DNA of 64,000 nucleotides from a bacterium (GTDB lineage Bacteria > Patescibacteriota > Dojkabacteria > SC72): positions 351,942-415,941 of the forward strand of contig JAJTYH010000003.1 in NCBI GenBank assembly GCA_021463465.1, written 5' to 3'. The translations under genes were made by a program, and so were the position numbers. Below the pieces are notes generated by a model. The model was not told the origin of the DNA. It saw only the letters and a program-made list of their open reading frames with translations, and did not search any database. Shown one piece after another: positions 17,113 through 27,106 of this stretch; position 1 is the first letter of the stretch; the number at the start of each line of letters is the position of its first letter.

Positions 17113-18134
17113 ACCAAATCCTTAAATAATTTCTTGTTGGCCTTAATCCATTCAAAGAGTTTACCAACCCCTTCTTTAACACCGATTTCAGGTTTCCATC
17201 CAAAGCTTTGATGTGCTTTAGTAATATCGCACACAAAAACTTTCTGGTCACCAGGTCTCCACTCGCCAAAATTATACCTTATCTTCTTGTTAAAGAAGCC
17301 TTCTAAGAAGGAAATCAATTCAAGGAGAGACATCTGATTTTGCGATCCCCCTCCTACGTTGTAAATCTGACCGTTAGTACTATTACTTTCGAAGGCCATC
17401 TCATACGCTCGGACCAAGTCATCGATAAAAAGAACATCTCGTGTTTGTTTACCATCACCATAGATAGTAATTGCCTTGTTATGCATGGTAGCAATTGTAA
17501 ACCAAGCTACCCAGCCTTGATCTTCCACTCCGAATTGTCGATAACCGTAAATGCATGATTGTCTGAAAACTACTGTTTTCAATCCATAAATTCGACTATA
17601 ATCCCTTACATATTGATCTCCTGCACCTTTTGAGCATCCGTACGGAGAGTGAAAGTCCAAAAAACGATTCTCAGGAATACCTAAAGGCAAATTTTTGTAC
17701 TCGTATCTACCGTTAGTTTCAAACTCTTCTACATCTTCCATCCCTCCGTAGACCTTATTGGTTGAGGCATAGATTAATTTGGCATCTTTAGCAAAGTTTC
17801 TCATAGCCTCGAGCACGTTGAAAGTACCTTGAGCATTAATTTCAAAATCGTTACGAGGATCAGTAACAGAGAGAGTCACCGTGGTTTGCGCTGCAAGGTG
17901 AAGTATATGAGTGATAGGGTTTGGTTTGAAAGCTTTTTCTAAATCAGAGTATTTACGAATATCCCCTTTTACAAATTTAATATCGTAATTGTCTTGTAAC
18001 CACTTTAGGTTATCTTTTGAGCCTTTACGTGAAAGATTATCGAAAACAACTACGTTCCAGCCTTTATCTTTGAAATATCTAGCGCTGTTGCTACCTATAA
18101 AACCCGCTCCGCCAGTGATTAAGAGTGTATTCAT
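17109..18134 (-). CDS. NAD-dependent sugar-nucleotide epimerase/dehydratase (extended SDR)
   Basis: N-terminal Rossmann TGGAGFIGSN and a YxxxK catalytic dyad in YGCSK. 341 aa. Confidence 0.85.
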   Translation of the reverse strand: MNTLLITGGAGFIGSNSARYFKDKGWNVVVFDNLSRKGSKDNLKWLQDNYDIKFVKGDIRKYSDLEKAFKPNPITHILHLAAQTTVTLSVTDPRNDFEINAQGTFNVLEAMRNFAKDAKLIYASTNKVYGGMEDVEEFETNGRYEYKNLPLGIPENRFLDFHSPYGCSKGAGDQYVRDYSRIYGLKTVVFRQSCIYGYRQFGVEDQGWVAWFTIATMHNKAITIYGDGKQTRDVLFIDDLVRAYEMAFESNSTNGQIYNVGGGSQNQMSLLELISFLEGFFNKKIRYNFGEWRPGDQKVFVCDITKAHQSFGWKPEIGVKEGVGKLFEWIKANKKLFKDLV

Positions 18135-18223
18135 TTACTGTGCTGTGTGATTAAGAATTAATAAACAGTTTCCATTATAAACATAATTAACTAAGACTGT
18201 AAATTATAGGTTTGGAAATACTG

Positions 18224-18886
18224 TTACCATTTAATTGGTTTAATCCCGTTAGCTTGAAGGTAATAATTAGTTTTACTAAACGGCTTACTTCCGAAAAAAC
18301 CTTTATCAGCGGAAAAGGGTGATGGATGAGGTGACTGAATAATATGGTGTTTGAAAGGATCAATTATTTCACCTTTTCTTTGAGCATATGATCCCCAAAG
18401 TATGAAAACTAAGTTTTCTTTCTCTTCCGATAGGACTCGAATTACGCTGTCTGTGAATTCCTCCCATCCTTTGTTTTGGTGACTGCCTGGATTGTTAGCT
18501 TCAACCGTGAGTGTTGCATTTAGTAGAAGCACTCCTTGTTGAGCCCATCTCTCAAGATTACCAGTTTTAGGAGGTTGTGTACCAAGATCTGATTTTAGCT
18601 CTTTATAAATGTTAGTAAGGGAAGGAGGAATAGTTACTTCATCACTTACTGAAAAAGCTAATCCGTTGGCTTGATTGTAGCCATGATAAGGATCCTGGCC
18701 AATGATAACTACTTTTACACTGCCAAAAGGGCATAGTGCAAAAGCGCTAAATATTTTGCTTGGTGGTGGGTAGACATTGTGTGTTTGATATTGCTGTTTT
18801 GCGAAAGCCACCAGTTGTTTAAAATATTCTTTCTCGAACTCACCTTGTAACTTTTCTTTCCACGATTGTTCGATTTTGACATCCAT
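18224..18886 (-). CDS. ung: uracil-DNA glycosylase (family 1)
   Basis: Catalytic water-activating GQDPYHG, plus LLLNATLTV and the leucine-loop region HPSPFSA. Confidence 0.9.
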   Translation of the reverse strand: MDVKIEQSWKEKLQGEFEKEYFKQLVAFAKQQYQTHNVYPPPSKIFSAFALCPFGSVKVVIIGQDPYHGYNQANGLAFSVSDEVTIPPSLTNIYKELKSDLGTQPPKTGNLERWAQQGVLLLNATLTVEANNPGSHQNKGWEEFTDSVIRVLSEEKENLVFILWGSYAQRKGEIIDPFKHHIIQSPHPSPFSADKGFFGSKPFSKTNYYLQANGIKPIKW

Positions 18887-18889
18887 TTT

Positions 18890-20758
18890 TTAGATTTTGC
18901 CTAATTTCTTAGCAAGCGCTTCTAATTGGGTAAGTTTCTTTGAAATCTCACTTAATCCGTCGCTCCAGAAGCTTGGGTCAGTAATATCAATTCCTAGATC
19001 AGCAAAGATAACCTTTGGTGATTTAGATGAGCCAGCACTCAAAAATAGTTTAACGTCGTTAATGAAGCTTGGGTTAGCCTTAATTTTACTTTGCAATGCT
19101 TTGGAAATAAGCAAACCACTCGCATATGAGTATACGTAAAAAGAGTTTCGGATGTGCGACCAGTAAACCCACCAGTTTTCGTGTCCTGGCTGAAACTTCA
19201 CTGTTGGACCTAGGTATGCTGACATGTGTTTTACGAACATCTCGCCAATCTCTTTTTTACTCAGATATCCTTTGGTTTTGGCCTGTTCGTGGAGTTCAAG
19301 TTCGAAGTTGTAGCATGCTACTTGTCGAAATATAGTTGATACATCGTCTTGGATTTTCTTTAGAAGTAGAGCAAATCGTTCTTCTTCACTACATTGTGCT
19401 AGTAGCTCTTCAGATACGAAGTCTTCAAAAAATGTTGATGCTACTTCAGCTGTTGATAAAGGTGTGTCGGAATTTATCGGGAGTTGTTTTTGTGCGATTA
19501 GCTTAGAGTTGATTCCATGGCCTAACTCGTGAGCCAGGGTCATGGTGTCTTGTAGTTTGTCATTATGATTTAAAAGAATGTAGATAGGAAGGTCAATTCC
19601 TTCGTGAATGCAGAATGCTCCTCCTCGTTTGCCTTTTCTGGGTAACACATCAATTAAGCCTTGAGAATTAAACTCCTCCACAATTTTTCCAAGACTGGGG
19701 TCTAGTTTTGTATATACTTGGTTTACTAACGCTAGCGCATCAGAGAAAGGGAACTTCTTATTTCTGGCCTCATAATCTATTGCCCTCTCGTGATAACCTA
19801 AAGTGTCTTGGTTAACAAGCTTAGCTAAGAGGTTGTAAAATCTAGCTGGGATTTGGAAATTCTTCGTTACAGTACGAATCATAGAGTACACAACATCTTT
19901 GTCGAGGTCATCCGAGAGCAACCTGGCTTGATCTGGCTCCTTAATCCCTCTCACTTTACGTAAGTTCCTTCCGACCTCAAGTATAGAGTTAATTTCGTGT
20001 TCGGAGACATCTACCCACTTATTTAGAATCTGATTTATGGCTTGCCCTGCTTGATTTCTGGTAGATGTGTCTAGACTGTGTGTATCTGACATTAACTGCT
20101 CAAATGTTCGTATTTGCTTTTTTACTACACCTACTTCTTTTGAAACAAATTCTGATATCATTGTGGCCCAGTTGCCAGAACTAGTTTTGCCCATGAGGTT
20201 CACAATATTTTCTTCTTTTTCACTTAGTTGATATTTAGCCAGCTCAAATTTCTTTTCGAGGAAATGTTTGTACTCTTTTAGTTGAGATGAGCGTAGAAAT
20301 TTAGGTTGATTTATTTTTGATATCTTTCCTATGTTCAGACCAAAAAACTGAAGCTTATTAGCTAGTTCTGTCTCTTTCTCATTAATCAGGTTCATCCGAG
20401 CTTTAAGTTTGGCGTTATCTTGCTCAAGAGCAAGTCGTAGGTAAAAGTAGTATAGGGGTTTGGCGAGAATATCAATGCCTTTGGAAATCTCATCAGATTC
20501 GGTTAAAGCTTCAAGCAGGATCCTGGGGTCTACCATGTACCTATTGTTGTTGCGCCATTTTTTTTCAAATGCTAAGACTTTTTTTGTGATTTGGTTGATA
20601 TCTTTCTCTATTTGTGGGTCTTCATCCGAAGTGTAAAGATGATTAAGATTCCAGCTCTGATTTGTTTGAATTTTCACCTTAAAATCATACATCAGAGGGT
20701 GTTTTCTTACAATATTTCTGGTGGTATAATTGGCGTATATAAACTTGCTATGAGACAT
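18890..20758 (-). CDS. pepF: oligoendopeptidase F (M3 family)
   Basis: HEXXH in TLAHELGHGINS. The 622-aa size and architecture match M3B. Confidence 0.85.
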   Translation of the reverse strand: MSHSKFIYANYTTRNIVRKHPLMYDFKVKIQTNQSWNLNHLYTSDEDPQIEKDINQITKKVLAFEKKWRNNNRYMVDPRILLEALTESDEISKGIDILAKPLYYFYLRLALEQDNAKLKARMNLINEKETELANKLQFFGLNIGKISKINQPKFLRSSQLKEYKHFLEKKFELAKYQLSEKEENIVNLMGKTSSGNWATMISEFVSKEVGVVKKQIRTFEQLMSDTHSLDTSTRNQAGQAINQILNKWVDVSEHEINSILEVGRNLRKVRGIKEPDQARLLSDDLDKDVVYSMIRTVTKNFQIPARFYNLLAKLVNQDTLGYHERAIDYEARNKKFPFSDALALVNQVYTKLDPSLGKIVEEFNSQGLIDVLPRKGKRGGAFCIHEGIDLPIYILLNHNDKLQDTMTLAHELGHGINSKLIAQKQLPINSDTPLSTAEVASTFFEDFVSEELLAQCSEEERFALLLKKIQDDVSTIFRQVACYNFELELHEQAKTKGYLSKKEIGEMFVKHMSAYLGPTVKFQPGHENWWVYWSHIRNSFYVYSYASGLLISKALQSKIKANPSFINDVKLFLSAGSSKSPKVIFADLGIDITDPSFWSDGLSEISKKLTQLEALAKKLGKI

Positions 20759-21304
20759 ATGCGAAAGGCAGATAGTTCTAGGAAGGAGATTGAGTTAAAA
20801 GTGCCCGAAGAGTATATAGGTACCTTGGGGGTTTCAATGTTTGTTATAAATCCTGAAGTTCCTCCAATTGTCATACAGCCAAATCGCTTAAAAGACAATG
20901 TTTTAACTGATAGCGATCTTCAAGAGTATAGTGCAATATTTCGAGGTCTTAAACCAGATGGTTTTTATTCTAAAACAGGTGTTGCTGTTAATATTCACGG
21001 GCTGGATGATTCTTCAGTTACTCGCGTCACCTCTCAAGCTATAAGTGATTTTCAGGAAAGTGGATACGATGTCGAAGTTGTAGATGTCCGTAAAATGAAT
21101 GATATTTCAGAAGGGCAATTAGAGGCTGTTGGAAAATTCACTGATGCAGAAAATAAGGGAAGAATGAAAGCGACTGTTATCCTTAGCGATGGAGAATTAG
21201 GATTCGAGGGCAGTGGGGCTTTTAAACTTAGAAATTCTTGTAAGCAAATACGAGTTAAAGAGTATCATGATGATGATATGGAACGGCTTTTTCATGCGTT
21301 TTAG
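20759..21304 (+). CDS. hypothetical protein
   Basis: The track ORF starts at 20591 inside pepF. The first non-overlapping ATG is used (MRKADSSRK...). There are no recognisable motifs. Confidence 0.4.
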   Translation: MRKADSSRKEIELKVPEEYIGTLGVSMFVINPEVPPIVIQPNRLKDNVLTDSDLQEYSAIFRGLKPDGFYSKTGVAVNIHGLDDSSVTRVTSQAISDFQESGYDVEVVDVRKMNDISEGQLEAVGKFTDAENKGRMKATVILSDGELGFEGSGAFKLRNSCKQIRVKEYHDDDMERLFHAF

Positions 21305-21315
21305 AGAAATTTACA

Positions 21316-22278
21316 ATGAACGAGCAAAGGTTACTTGAGGCCGCAGTTATTGCATCAGTTGTCCCATCGTACTGGACAGGTTGGTCGGTGGATGAGATTA
21401 GAAAGATAATTCATGGCGATATTGCACCAGATGGAGGGCATAGCGGTATTGAATATTTCCATGATGAAGGACATTTGGCTGCAAAGGGAATTTCAGGTTA
21501 TATGCCTATTGGAGGCTCAAGGATTTATCCAGAAGTTGCTGCAATTTTAAGATTGTACGCAGATCGAGAGATGCCTGAGTTAATTAGAGGAGCCGAATCT
21601 GTGGTTGAATTCGTTAAACGAAAGTTTATGAGGGACATGTCTATTGCCAGGTTCTCTCCTGCATTTAGTGGTCACAGCTACAACACACGAGACCCTTGGT
21701 TTGTTGATATTTATAACCTCTTGATGTGTAAGCCTGAGGTGGATACTGGTGAGAAATCCATTGTAACAGATTTTCTTGAAGGTTACTTTGCCTATATGAA
21801 GTTGCAAGGGGCTCATTATCCGTATAACTCAGAAATAAAAAATTATGCATTAGTACGCTGTCTAATGAATAGGTATGGTAGTAAAGTAAGGGTTTTGGGT
21901 AAAGATCGTTTAGATCGTCCAATTAAGGTAAGAATTGGGAATGGTAAAGCCTTTAATGTTGTTGAAAAAGATGTTAACTATCTTGAGACAGCTTTTTATG
22001 GGGCAGTTTTTTTAGCAGGGTATTTGGGAGGTGATAACTCCTCAGAGCTGGAGAATCTAACTGAGGAGAAACAAAGGTTTGCGTTTGAATTAGGTTTGAA
22101 GTTGACGGAGATGATGGCAGATAACTATAGAGGGAATGAGCGACAAAGGAGACCTGATATTTATGCTTTAGGAAAGTATATTCGAGAGCGTTTATCGAGG
22201 AGCTCTGGGTATGAAGTTGATTGGAATGGTATGAATAGATATGCCCGTATTCACATGAACTTGTTAGAGAACAAGTAA
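21316..22278 (+). CDS. hypothetical protein
   Basis: 320-aa ORF with good coding composition and no motif recognised. Confidence 0.5.
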   Translation: MNEQRLLEAAVIASVVPSYWTGWSVDEIRKIIHGDIAPDGGHSGIEYFHDEGHLAAKGISGYMPIGGSRIYPEVAAILRLYADREMPELIRGAESVVEFVKRKFMRDMSIARFSPAFSGHSYNTRDPWFVDIYNLLMCKPEVDTGEKSIVTDFLEGYFAYMKLQGAHYPYNSEIKNYALVRCLMNRYGSKVRVLGKDRLDRPIKVRIGNGKAFNVVEKDVNYLETAFYGAVFLAGYLGGDNSSELENLTEEKQRFAFELGLKLTEMMADNYRGNERQRRPDIYALGKYIRERLSRSSGYEVDWNGMNRYARIHMNLLENK

Positions 22279-22299
22279 CATTAGATTTAATTACATCGT

Positions 22300-22540
22300 A
22301 GTGGTGTGATATAATGTCTGGCAATACTTTGACCCAGCTATCACTGGTGAGTATCAGGAAGAAATCTAAAAGAGAGTAAAACCTGACGGAGAGCTTCCGA
22401 AACCACAAGCGAAAACCATACAAATGTGTGGTTAAGTGAAAAGTGAGGGTGGTACCGTGTACTACTTCAATGAATTTGAAATTACACCCCTCCATACTGT
22501 ATAGATTTAGTATCTATGCAATACGGAGGGGTTTTGTTTT
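22300..22540 (+). promoter_or_regulatory. T-box riboswitch leader of ileS (extended -10 promoter, T-box sequence, intrinsic terminator)
   Basis: An extended -10 TGaTATAAT lies at 22307-22315. The T-box sequence GTGAGGGTGGTACCGTG is at 22443-22459; its UGGU bulge would pair with an ACCA 3' end, as in tRNA-Ile (discriminator A). The terminator is CCCCTCC (22487-22493)...GGAGGGG (22525-22531) plus TTTTGTTTT (22532-22540). An ATC (Ile) triplet is present in the stem I region (GAGTATCAGG). Confidence 0.75.
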
Positions 22541-22558
22541 AACTTTACAATTACAAAT

Positions 22559-25438
22559 ATGTCCAAATTACAAAATGTAGATCCAAAGCATGATTTTGTA
22601 GCTATGGAAAATCGTCTACTTAAATGGTGGGAGGAGCAAGGGATACTGACTCAGTACATGGAAAAGAATCGAAAATCGAAAAAGAAGTTCGGTTTTATTG
22701 ATGGACCAATCACCGCTAATAATGAGATGGGACTTCACCACGCTTGGGGTAGAACCTACAAAGACTTAGTAAGTCGTTATAAAAACATGCAGGGCTTCGA
22801 GCAGCGTTTCCAGATGGGTTTTGACTGTCAGGGACTTTGGGTTGAGGTAGAAGTTGAGAAAGCACTTGGGTTTAACAGTAAGAAAGACATTTTCGATTAC
22901 GGTATGGATAAGTTTGTGAATGCTTGTAAAGACAGAGTATACAAATATTCAAAAATACAGACAGACCAATCAGTTAGATTGGGAATGTTCATGGATTGGG
23001 AGAACTCATACTACACAATGTCAGAGGAAAACAATCTTTACATCTGGAACTTCTTAAAGGTATGTCAACAAAAAGGATTGTTGTATAAGAGCCACTCATC
23101 GACCACTTGGTGTCCACGTTGTGAGACAGGTTTGTCTGAGCATGAAAAAGCTGATGGATACGCTGATATTGTTGATACTTCGGTCTACGTGAAATTCAAG
23201 GTAAAAGGTAAGGAGAATGAGTACCTTTTAGCTTGGACTACCACACCTTGGACTCTATCAGCAAATGTGTTGTTAGCTGTACATCCTGAACTTGAGTATG
23301 TCAAAGCCAAAGATGGAAATAGTACATACTATCTTGCGGCTAAACCTGCGGGAAAATTAGGTTTTAAAGATGTAGAGAGTGTAGATGTCAAAACCTTGGT
23401 TGGTATGAAATTTGAATCCCTTTATGATATCCCAGCACAGGAAGGCGTTGACCACTATGTAGTTGAGTGGGATTTAGTATCTGAGAATGATGGGTCAGGA
23501 ATTGTTCATATCGCACCAGGGTGTGGTCAGGAAGATTATGAGTTGGGTATGGAATTAAAAGTCCCTGCATTGTCACCGTTGGATGAAACTGGTCACTATA
23601 TGAATGGGTATGGTGATTTAACAGGTAAGTACGCCCATGACGTGAAAGATGAAGTCATATCCTATCTTAAGTCCGAAGGTTTATTGTTTAAGACCGAGGA
23701 TTACAAGCATACCTACCCTCACTGTTGGAGGTGCAAGACAAAGTGTTTGTTCCGGTTAGAAAACAATTGGTTTATTAATATTAGTAAGATAAGAGAAGAT
23801 TTAAAGAAAGCCGCTAATGAAGCTAAATGGACCCCAGAATTTGGAGGAAAACGAATGCAAGATTGGCTGAGGAATATGGGTGATTGGATGATAAGTAGAA
23901 AGCGTTTTTACGGCCTTGCCCTTCCATTTTATGAGTGTGAATGCGGTGAGGTTACAGTAGTTAGCGGTAAGGAAGAATTGAAGCAATTAGCAACAGATCC
24001 AGGAAAGGTTGATAAGTTGGAAAGCATACATCGACCTTGGATTGATGAGGTCACTATCAAATGCCCGAAGTGCAGCAAAGAAGTTAAGCGTGTTGCAGAT
24101 GTAGGTGACTGTTGGCTAGATGCCGGAGTGGTCCCATTTTCGACCTTAAAGTATCTTGAAGATAAGAAATATTGGAAGAAATGGTTCCCAGGCGATTTCA
24201 TAACTGAAATGGTTGAGCAGGTACGTTTATGGTTCTACTCAATGTTGGTTTTTGGTGTAGTTATGGAAGATAAGGTTCCTTATAGAGTGGTGGTAACCTA
24301 CGCTGAAATGAGGGATGAGAATAACAATAAAATGAGCAAGACAAAGAAGAACTATGTGCCGTTTAATGAAGCTGCGGACAAGGTTGGGGCAGATTTAATC
24401 CGTTGGAACTTCTGTCTTTCACCGTTTGGTAAGAATGTAAGATTTGGTTGGAATGTAGTTGAAGATGCTAGGCGTCAATTCTTATTGCCATTCTGGAACA
24501 GCTATTCATATTTTGTGACTTATGCAAATATGCACAGTTGGAAGTTTGATCCTAAATTTGATGCTAGCAAACTGACGAATATAATGGATCGATGGATTGT
24601 AGCCAGATTAGGTAAACTAGTAGAAGAAGTCACCAATGACATGGACCAATACAGTTTCTACGGTAGCGCAAATAAGATGCAAGCGTTTGTTGTGGACCTT
24701 TCCACTTGGTATATTCGACGTAGTCGAGATCGATTTAAAGTAGGCAATAAGGATGCCCTTAATACTCTCTATTTTGTTCTTGTAGAGCTTAACAAGATGC
24801 TTGCGCCTTTTGTTCCATTTGTGACCGAGGAGATGTATCAAAATCTAGTGGTCAATGGTGGAAATAAGGATGCTAAGATGTCTGTACATTTGGAAAGTTT
24901 TCCTGAGGTAAAGGAAGTTGATGAGAAGGTGCTTGAAGATATGGAGGTGGCAAGGGGAGTGGCATCACTTGGTCTTAAGGTTCGAGATGAGAAGCGATTA
25001 AAATTACGACAACCTTTGGCTAAAGCTTATGTTAATCTTAATTCAGAAGAGCTTAAAGAACTTGTAAGATTGGAGCTGAATGTGAAAGAAGTGGAGAGTA
25101 GCGAGAAAGCTCAGCAAGGAGAAGGAATGGTGATGATGGAAGGCAATGGATACTTTGTCACTCTGGATACTAATTTGACTGAAGAGCTAAAACAGGAGGG
25201 TTTGTACCGTGAATTGGTAAGGCAACTACAGGATTTGAGAAAACGTAATGGATTACAGGTAGGACAGCAGGTAGCAGCATTAATGTACAGTGAAAGTAAG
25301 GAAGTCGAGAATTTGGTAGGTAAATTTGATTCAGAATTAAGGCAGGATGTAAGCCTTTCTGATATAAAATTTGCCAAAAACGATGGTGAAAGTGTAAACT
25401 TTGACTCGTTTGATGTTAATGTTACTTTTGAAAAATAA
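22559..25438 (+). CDS. ileS: isoleucine--tRNA ligase
   Basis: HIGH-type motif MGLHHAWG and KMSKS motif NNKMSKTKKN. The CP1 editing domain and anticodon-binding region are present. 959 aa. Confidence 0.96.
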   Translation: MSKLQNVDPKHDFVAMENRLLKWWEEQGILTQYMEKNRKSKKKFGFIDGPITANNEMGLHHAWGRTYKDLVSRYKNMQGFEQRFQMGFDCQGLWVEVEVEKALGFNSKKDIFDYGMDKFVNACKDRVYKYSKIQTDQSVRLGMFMDWENSYYTMSEENNLYIWNFLKVCQQKGLLYKSHSSTTWCPRCETGLSEHEKADGYADIVDTSVYVKFKVKGKENEYLLAWTTTPWTLSANVLLAVHPELEYVKAKDGNSTYYLAAKPAGKLGFKDVESVDVKTLVGMKFESLYDIPAQEGVDHYVVEWDLVSENDGSGIVHIAPGCGQEDYELGMELKVPALSPLDETGHYMNGYGDLTGKYAHDVKDEVISYLKSEGLLFKTEDYKHTYPHCWRCKTKCLFRLENNWFINISKIREDLKKAANEAKWTPEFGGKRMQDWLRNMGDWMISRKRFYGLALPFYECECGEVTVVSGKEELKQLATDPGKVDKLESIHRPWIDEVTIKCPKCSKEVKRVADVGDCWLDAGVVPFSTLKYLEDKKYWKKWFPGDFITEMVEQVRLWFYSMLVFGVVMEDKVPYRVVVTYAEMRDENNNKMSKTKKNYVPFNEAADKVGADLIRWNFCLSPFGKNVRFGWNVVEDARRQFLLPFWNSYSYFVTYANMHSWKFDPKFDASKLTNIMDRWIVARLGKLVEEVTNDMDQYSFYGSANKMQAFVVDLSTWYIRRSRDRFKVGNKDALNTLYFVLVELNKMLAPFVPFVTEEMYQNLVVNGGNKDAKMSVHLESFPEVKEVDEKVLEDMEVARGVASLGLKVRDEKRLKLRQPLAKAYVNLNSEELKELVRLELNVKEVESSEKAQQGEGMVMMEGNGYFVTLDTNLTEELKQEGLYRELVRQLQDLRKRNGLQVGQQVAALMYSESKEVENLVGKFDSELRQDVSLSDIKFAKNDGESVNFDSFDVNVTFEK

Positions 25439-25684
25439 ATGCTTCGAGGTCTAGTACAACTTAGTAAATCACAGGTATTACAGCTTTTTGCCAGCCTAAA
25501 TCAATCTCTTCTTGGTGATACCCCACTGTGGGCAAAGATGCAGGCTGCTGTTAGTCAGACAAATGATTTAGTATCGGTTGAATTATCAGAAGACGAAATT
25601 GAAACCCTTTTGGATCAACTTGATGCTAGTTACAATGATGTGAGGCAAGTATTAAGTGACGCAGTGCTTAGCTGGCGGTCTTGA
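25439..25684 (+). CDS. small hypothetical protein (81 aa)
   Basis: The ATG directly abuts the ileS stop (TAAATG). It reads as acidic and helical. Confidence 0.35.
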   Translation: MLRGLVQLSKSQVLQLFASLNQSLLGDTPLWAKMQAAVSQTNDLVSVELSEDEIETLLDQLDASYNDVRQVLSDAVLSWRS

Positions 25685-26021
25685 TACCCATTAGACTTTG
25701 AACGTCAAGAAGCGCTTTCGAAAAATCAATTCCTGCGGATACAGCTAGTTCACCAGCAATCTGTTCAATTGCATTTTTTTGACTCTTTTCTATGCTGCTA
25801 GGAACAAGTCTTCCATCTTTTTCTCTCTCGCGTTTAACGAAATTACAATACTGAATGATTTCAAGGAAGGCTTCAATTCCTCCCAAACCTTCTAAATCAC
25901 GAATGATATTTGAAAGAGAGTTGAAGTCTGTGAACTTTGGTTTTTTAATCTTGTTTTTCTTTAAGGCTGATACCGTCTTCTTGATAACCTGAGGCTTTAT
26001 CACTTCACGAATAGAAAGCAT
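25668..26021 (-). CDS. hypothetical protein (possible N-terminal extension to about 26200)
   Basis: 117 aa from the ATG at 26021. The same frame is open for a further 60 codons upstream (SIKNNPSSKSITLKINSKIFYPSHGAGWVKAQKEIEFGGVKKQYFEFEFVNNPLTVSVPIENVD) with protein-like composition, but no ATG/GTG/TTG start. Confidence 0.4.
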   Translation of the reverse strand: MLSIREVIKPQVIKKTVSALKKNKIKKPKFTDFNSLSNIIRDLEGLGGIEAFLEIIQYCNFVKREREKDGRLVPSSIEKSQKNAIEQIAGELAVSAGIDFSKALLDVQSLMGIKTAS

Positions 26022-26315
26022 ATCGACATTTTCAATAGGAACTGAGACTGTAAGAGGATTATTAACAAATTCAAACTCGAAATACTGCTTCTTAACTCCG
26101 CCAAATTCTATCTCTTTTTGAGCTTTAACCCAGCCAGCGCCATGCGAAGGATAAAAAATCTTTGAGTTGATTTTTAATGTGATAGATTTTGAGGAGGGAT
26201 TGTTCTTTATACTTTAATTATAACATAATTACCTGCATTAAGATATCGTGTAAAAGGGTTGTAGGGTGAGCTATATAGGTTTAGAATTAAAAAGAAATTC
26301 TTAATATTTATCCTT

Positions 26316-26972
26316 TTGAAAATGTTACCAAAAAGTATTCCTGGAGTAGATAAAACCTTAGTTATGATTGATTATGCAAACCTTAGAAGTTCAGCAAGGT
26401 TTTTGGGTAAATCAACTAATCTACGGATTTTGTACGAGTATTTGAAAGCGTTGAGCTATGTTGAAAATATTTCAATTTATTACGGCACTGATCCAGAAAA
26501 TCCTAAATCTGCTGGATTTATATCGTGGCTAAGAAAAGAAGGCTTTATTGTTGTCACAAAAGACGTGAAATACATCAAGGTAAAGCTCTCTGAATTACTG
26601 AAAAGTAAGAATAATCAGGCTATGTTAGAGGCTATGGAAGGTAAGTTTGCAAAACAGATCCTGAATAAAGCTGAGGAATTAGAGTCAAAAGGGCATTTCA
26701 TTAGGTCTCCGAAATGTAATATGGATGTTGAAATGGCAATTGATATGTATAAATCTTTTGATAAATATGATGGTTATATCCTATTTACTGGAGATGGCGA
26801 TTTTAGCTATGCCGCTCAACTCGCTCGATCTGAAGGTAAAAAGATTATCACAGTTTCCTTGAGAAAGTATTTGGCGGGTGAGTTATTTAAGAGTAGTGAT
26901 ATTTTTGTGAATTTGGATGGGTTTCTAAAACTAGAAGGTTTTCTTTATGATCAAGAAACCCAAGGTGAGTAA
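26316..26972 (+). CDS. NYN-domain (LabA/DUF88-like, PIN-related) putative RNase
   Basis: N-terminal VMIDYANL and C-terminal ILFTGDGDF acidic motifs are characteristic of NYN/LabA domains. Confidence 0.6.
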   Translation: MKMLPKSIPGVDKTLVMIDYANLRSSARFLGKSTNLRILYEYLKALSYVENISIYYGTDPENPKSAGFISWLRKEGFIVVTKDVKYIKVKLSELLKSKNNQAMLEAMEGKFAKQILNKAEELESKGHFIRSPKCNMDVEMAIDMYKSFDKYDGYILFTGDGDFSYAAQLARSEGKKIITVSLRKYLAGELFKSSDIFVNLDGFLKLEGFLYDQETQGE

Positions 26973-27106
26973 AAAACAAGAACCCCCCGTTAGGAGAGTT
27001 CTTGAAGAAATATACAAAATTATACTTCTGTGTCCCCATTGTGTCAAGTTCGTTTAGCTAAGAAAAGCCTGTAAATAAGGATAAACTAGTGAAAGGATAG
27101 AGTAGA

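Noticed and set aside
20591-20758. N-terminal 56 codons of track ORF 20591..21304 overlapping pepF
   Set aside because: They are antisense to the pepF N-terminus. An in-frame ATG at 20759 begins exactly where pepF ends, so the shorter gene is preferred.
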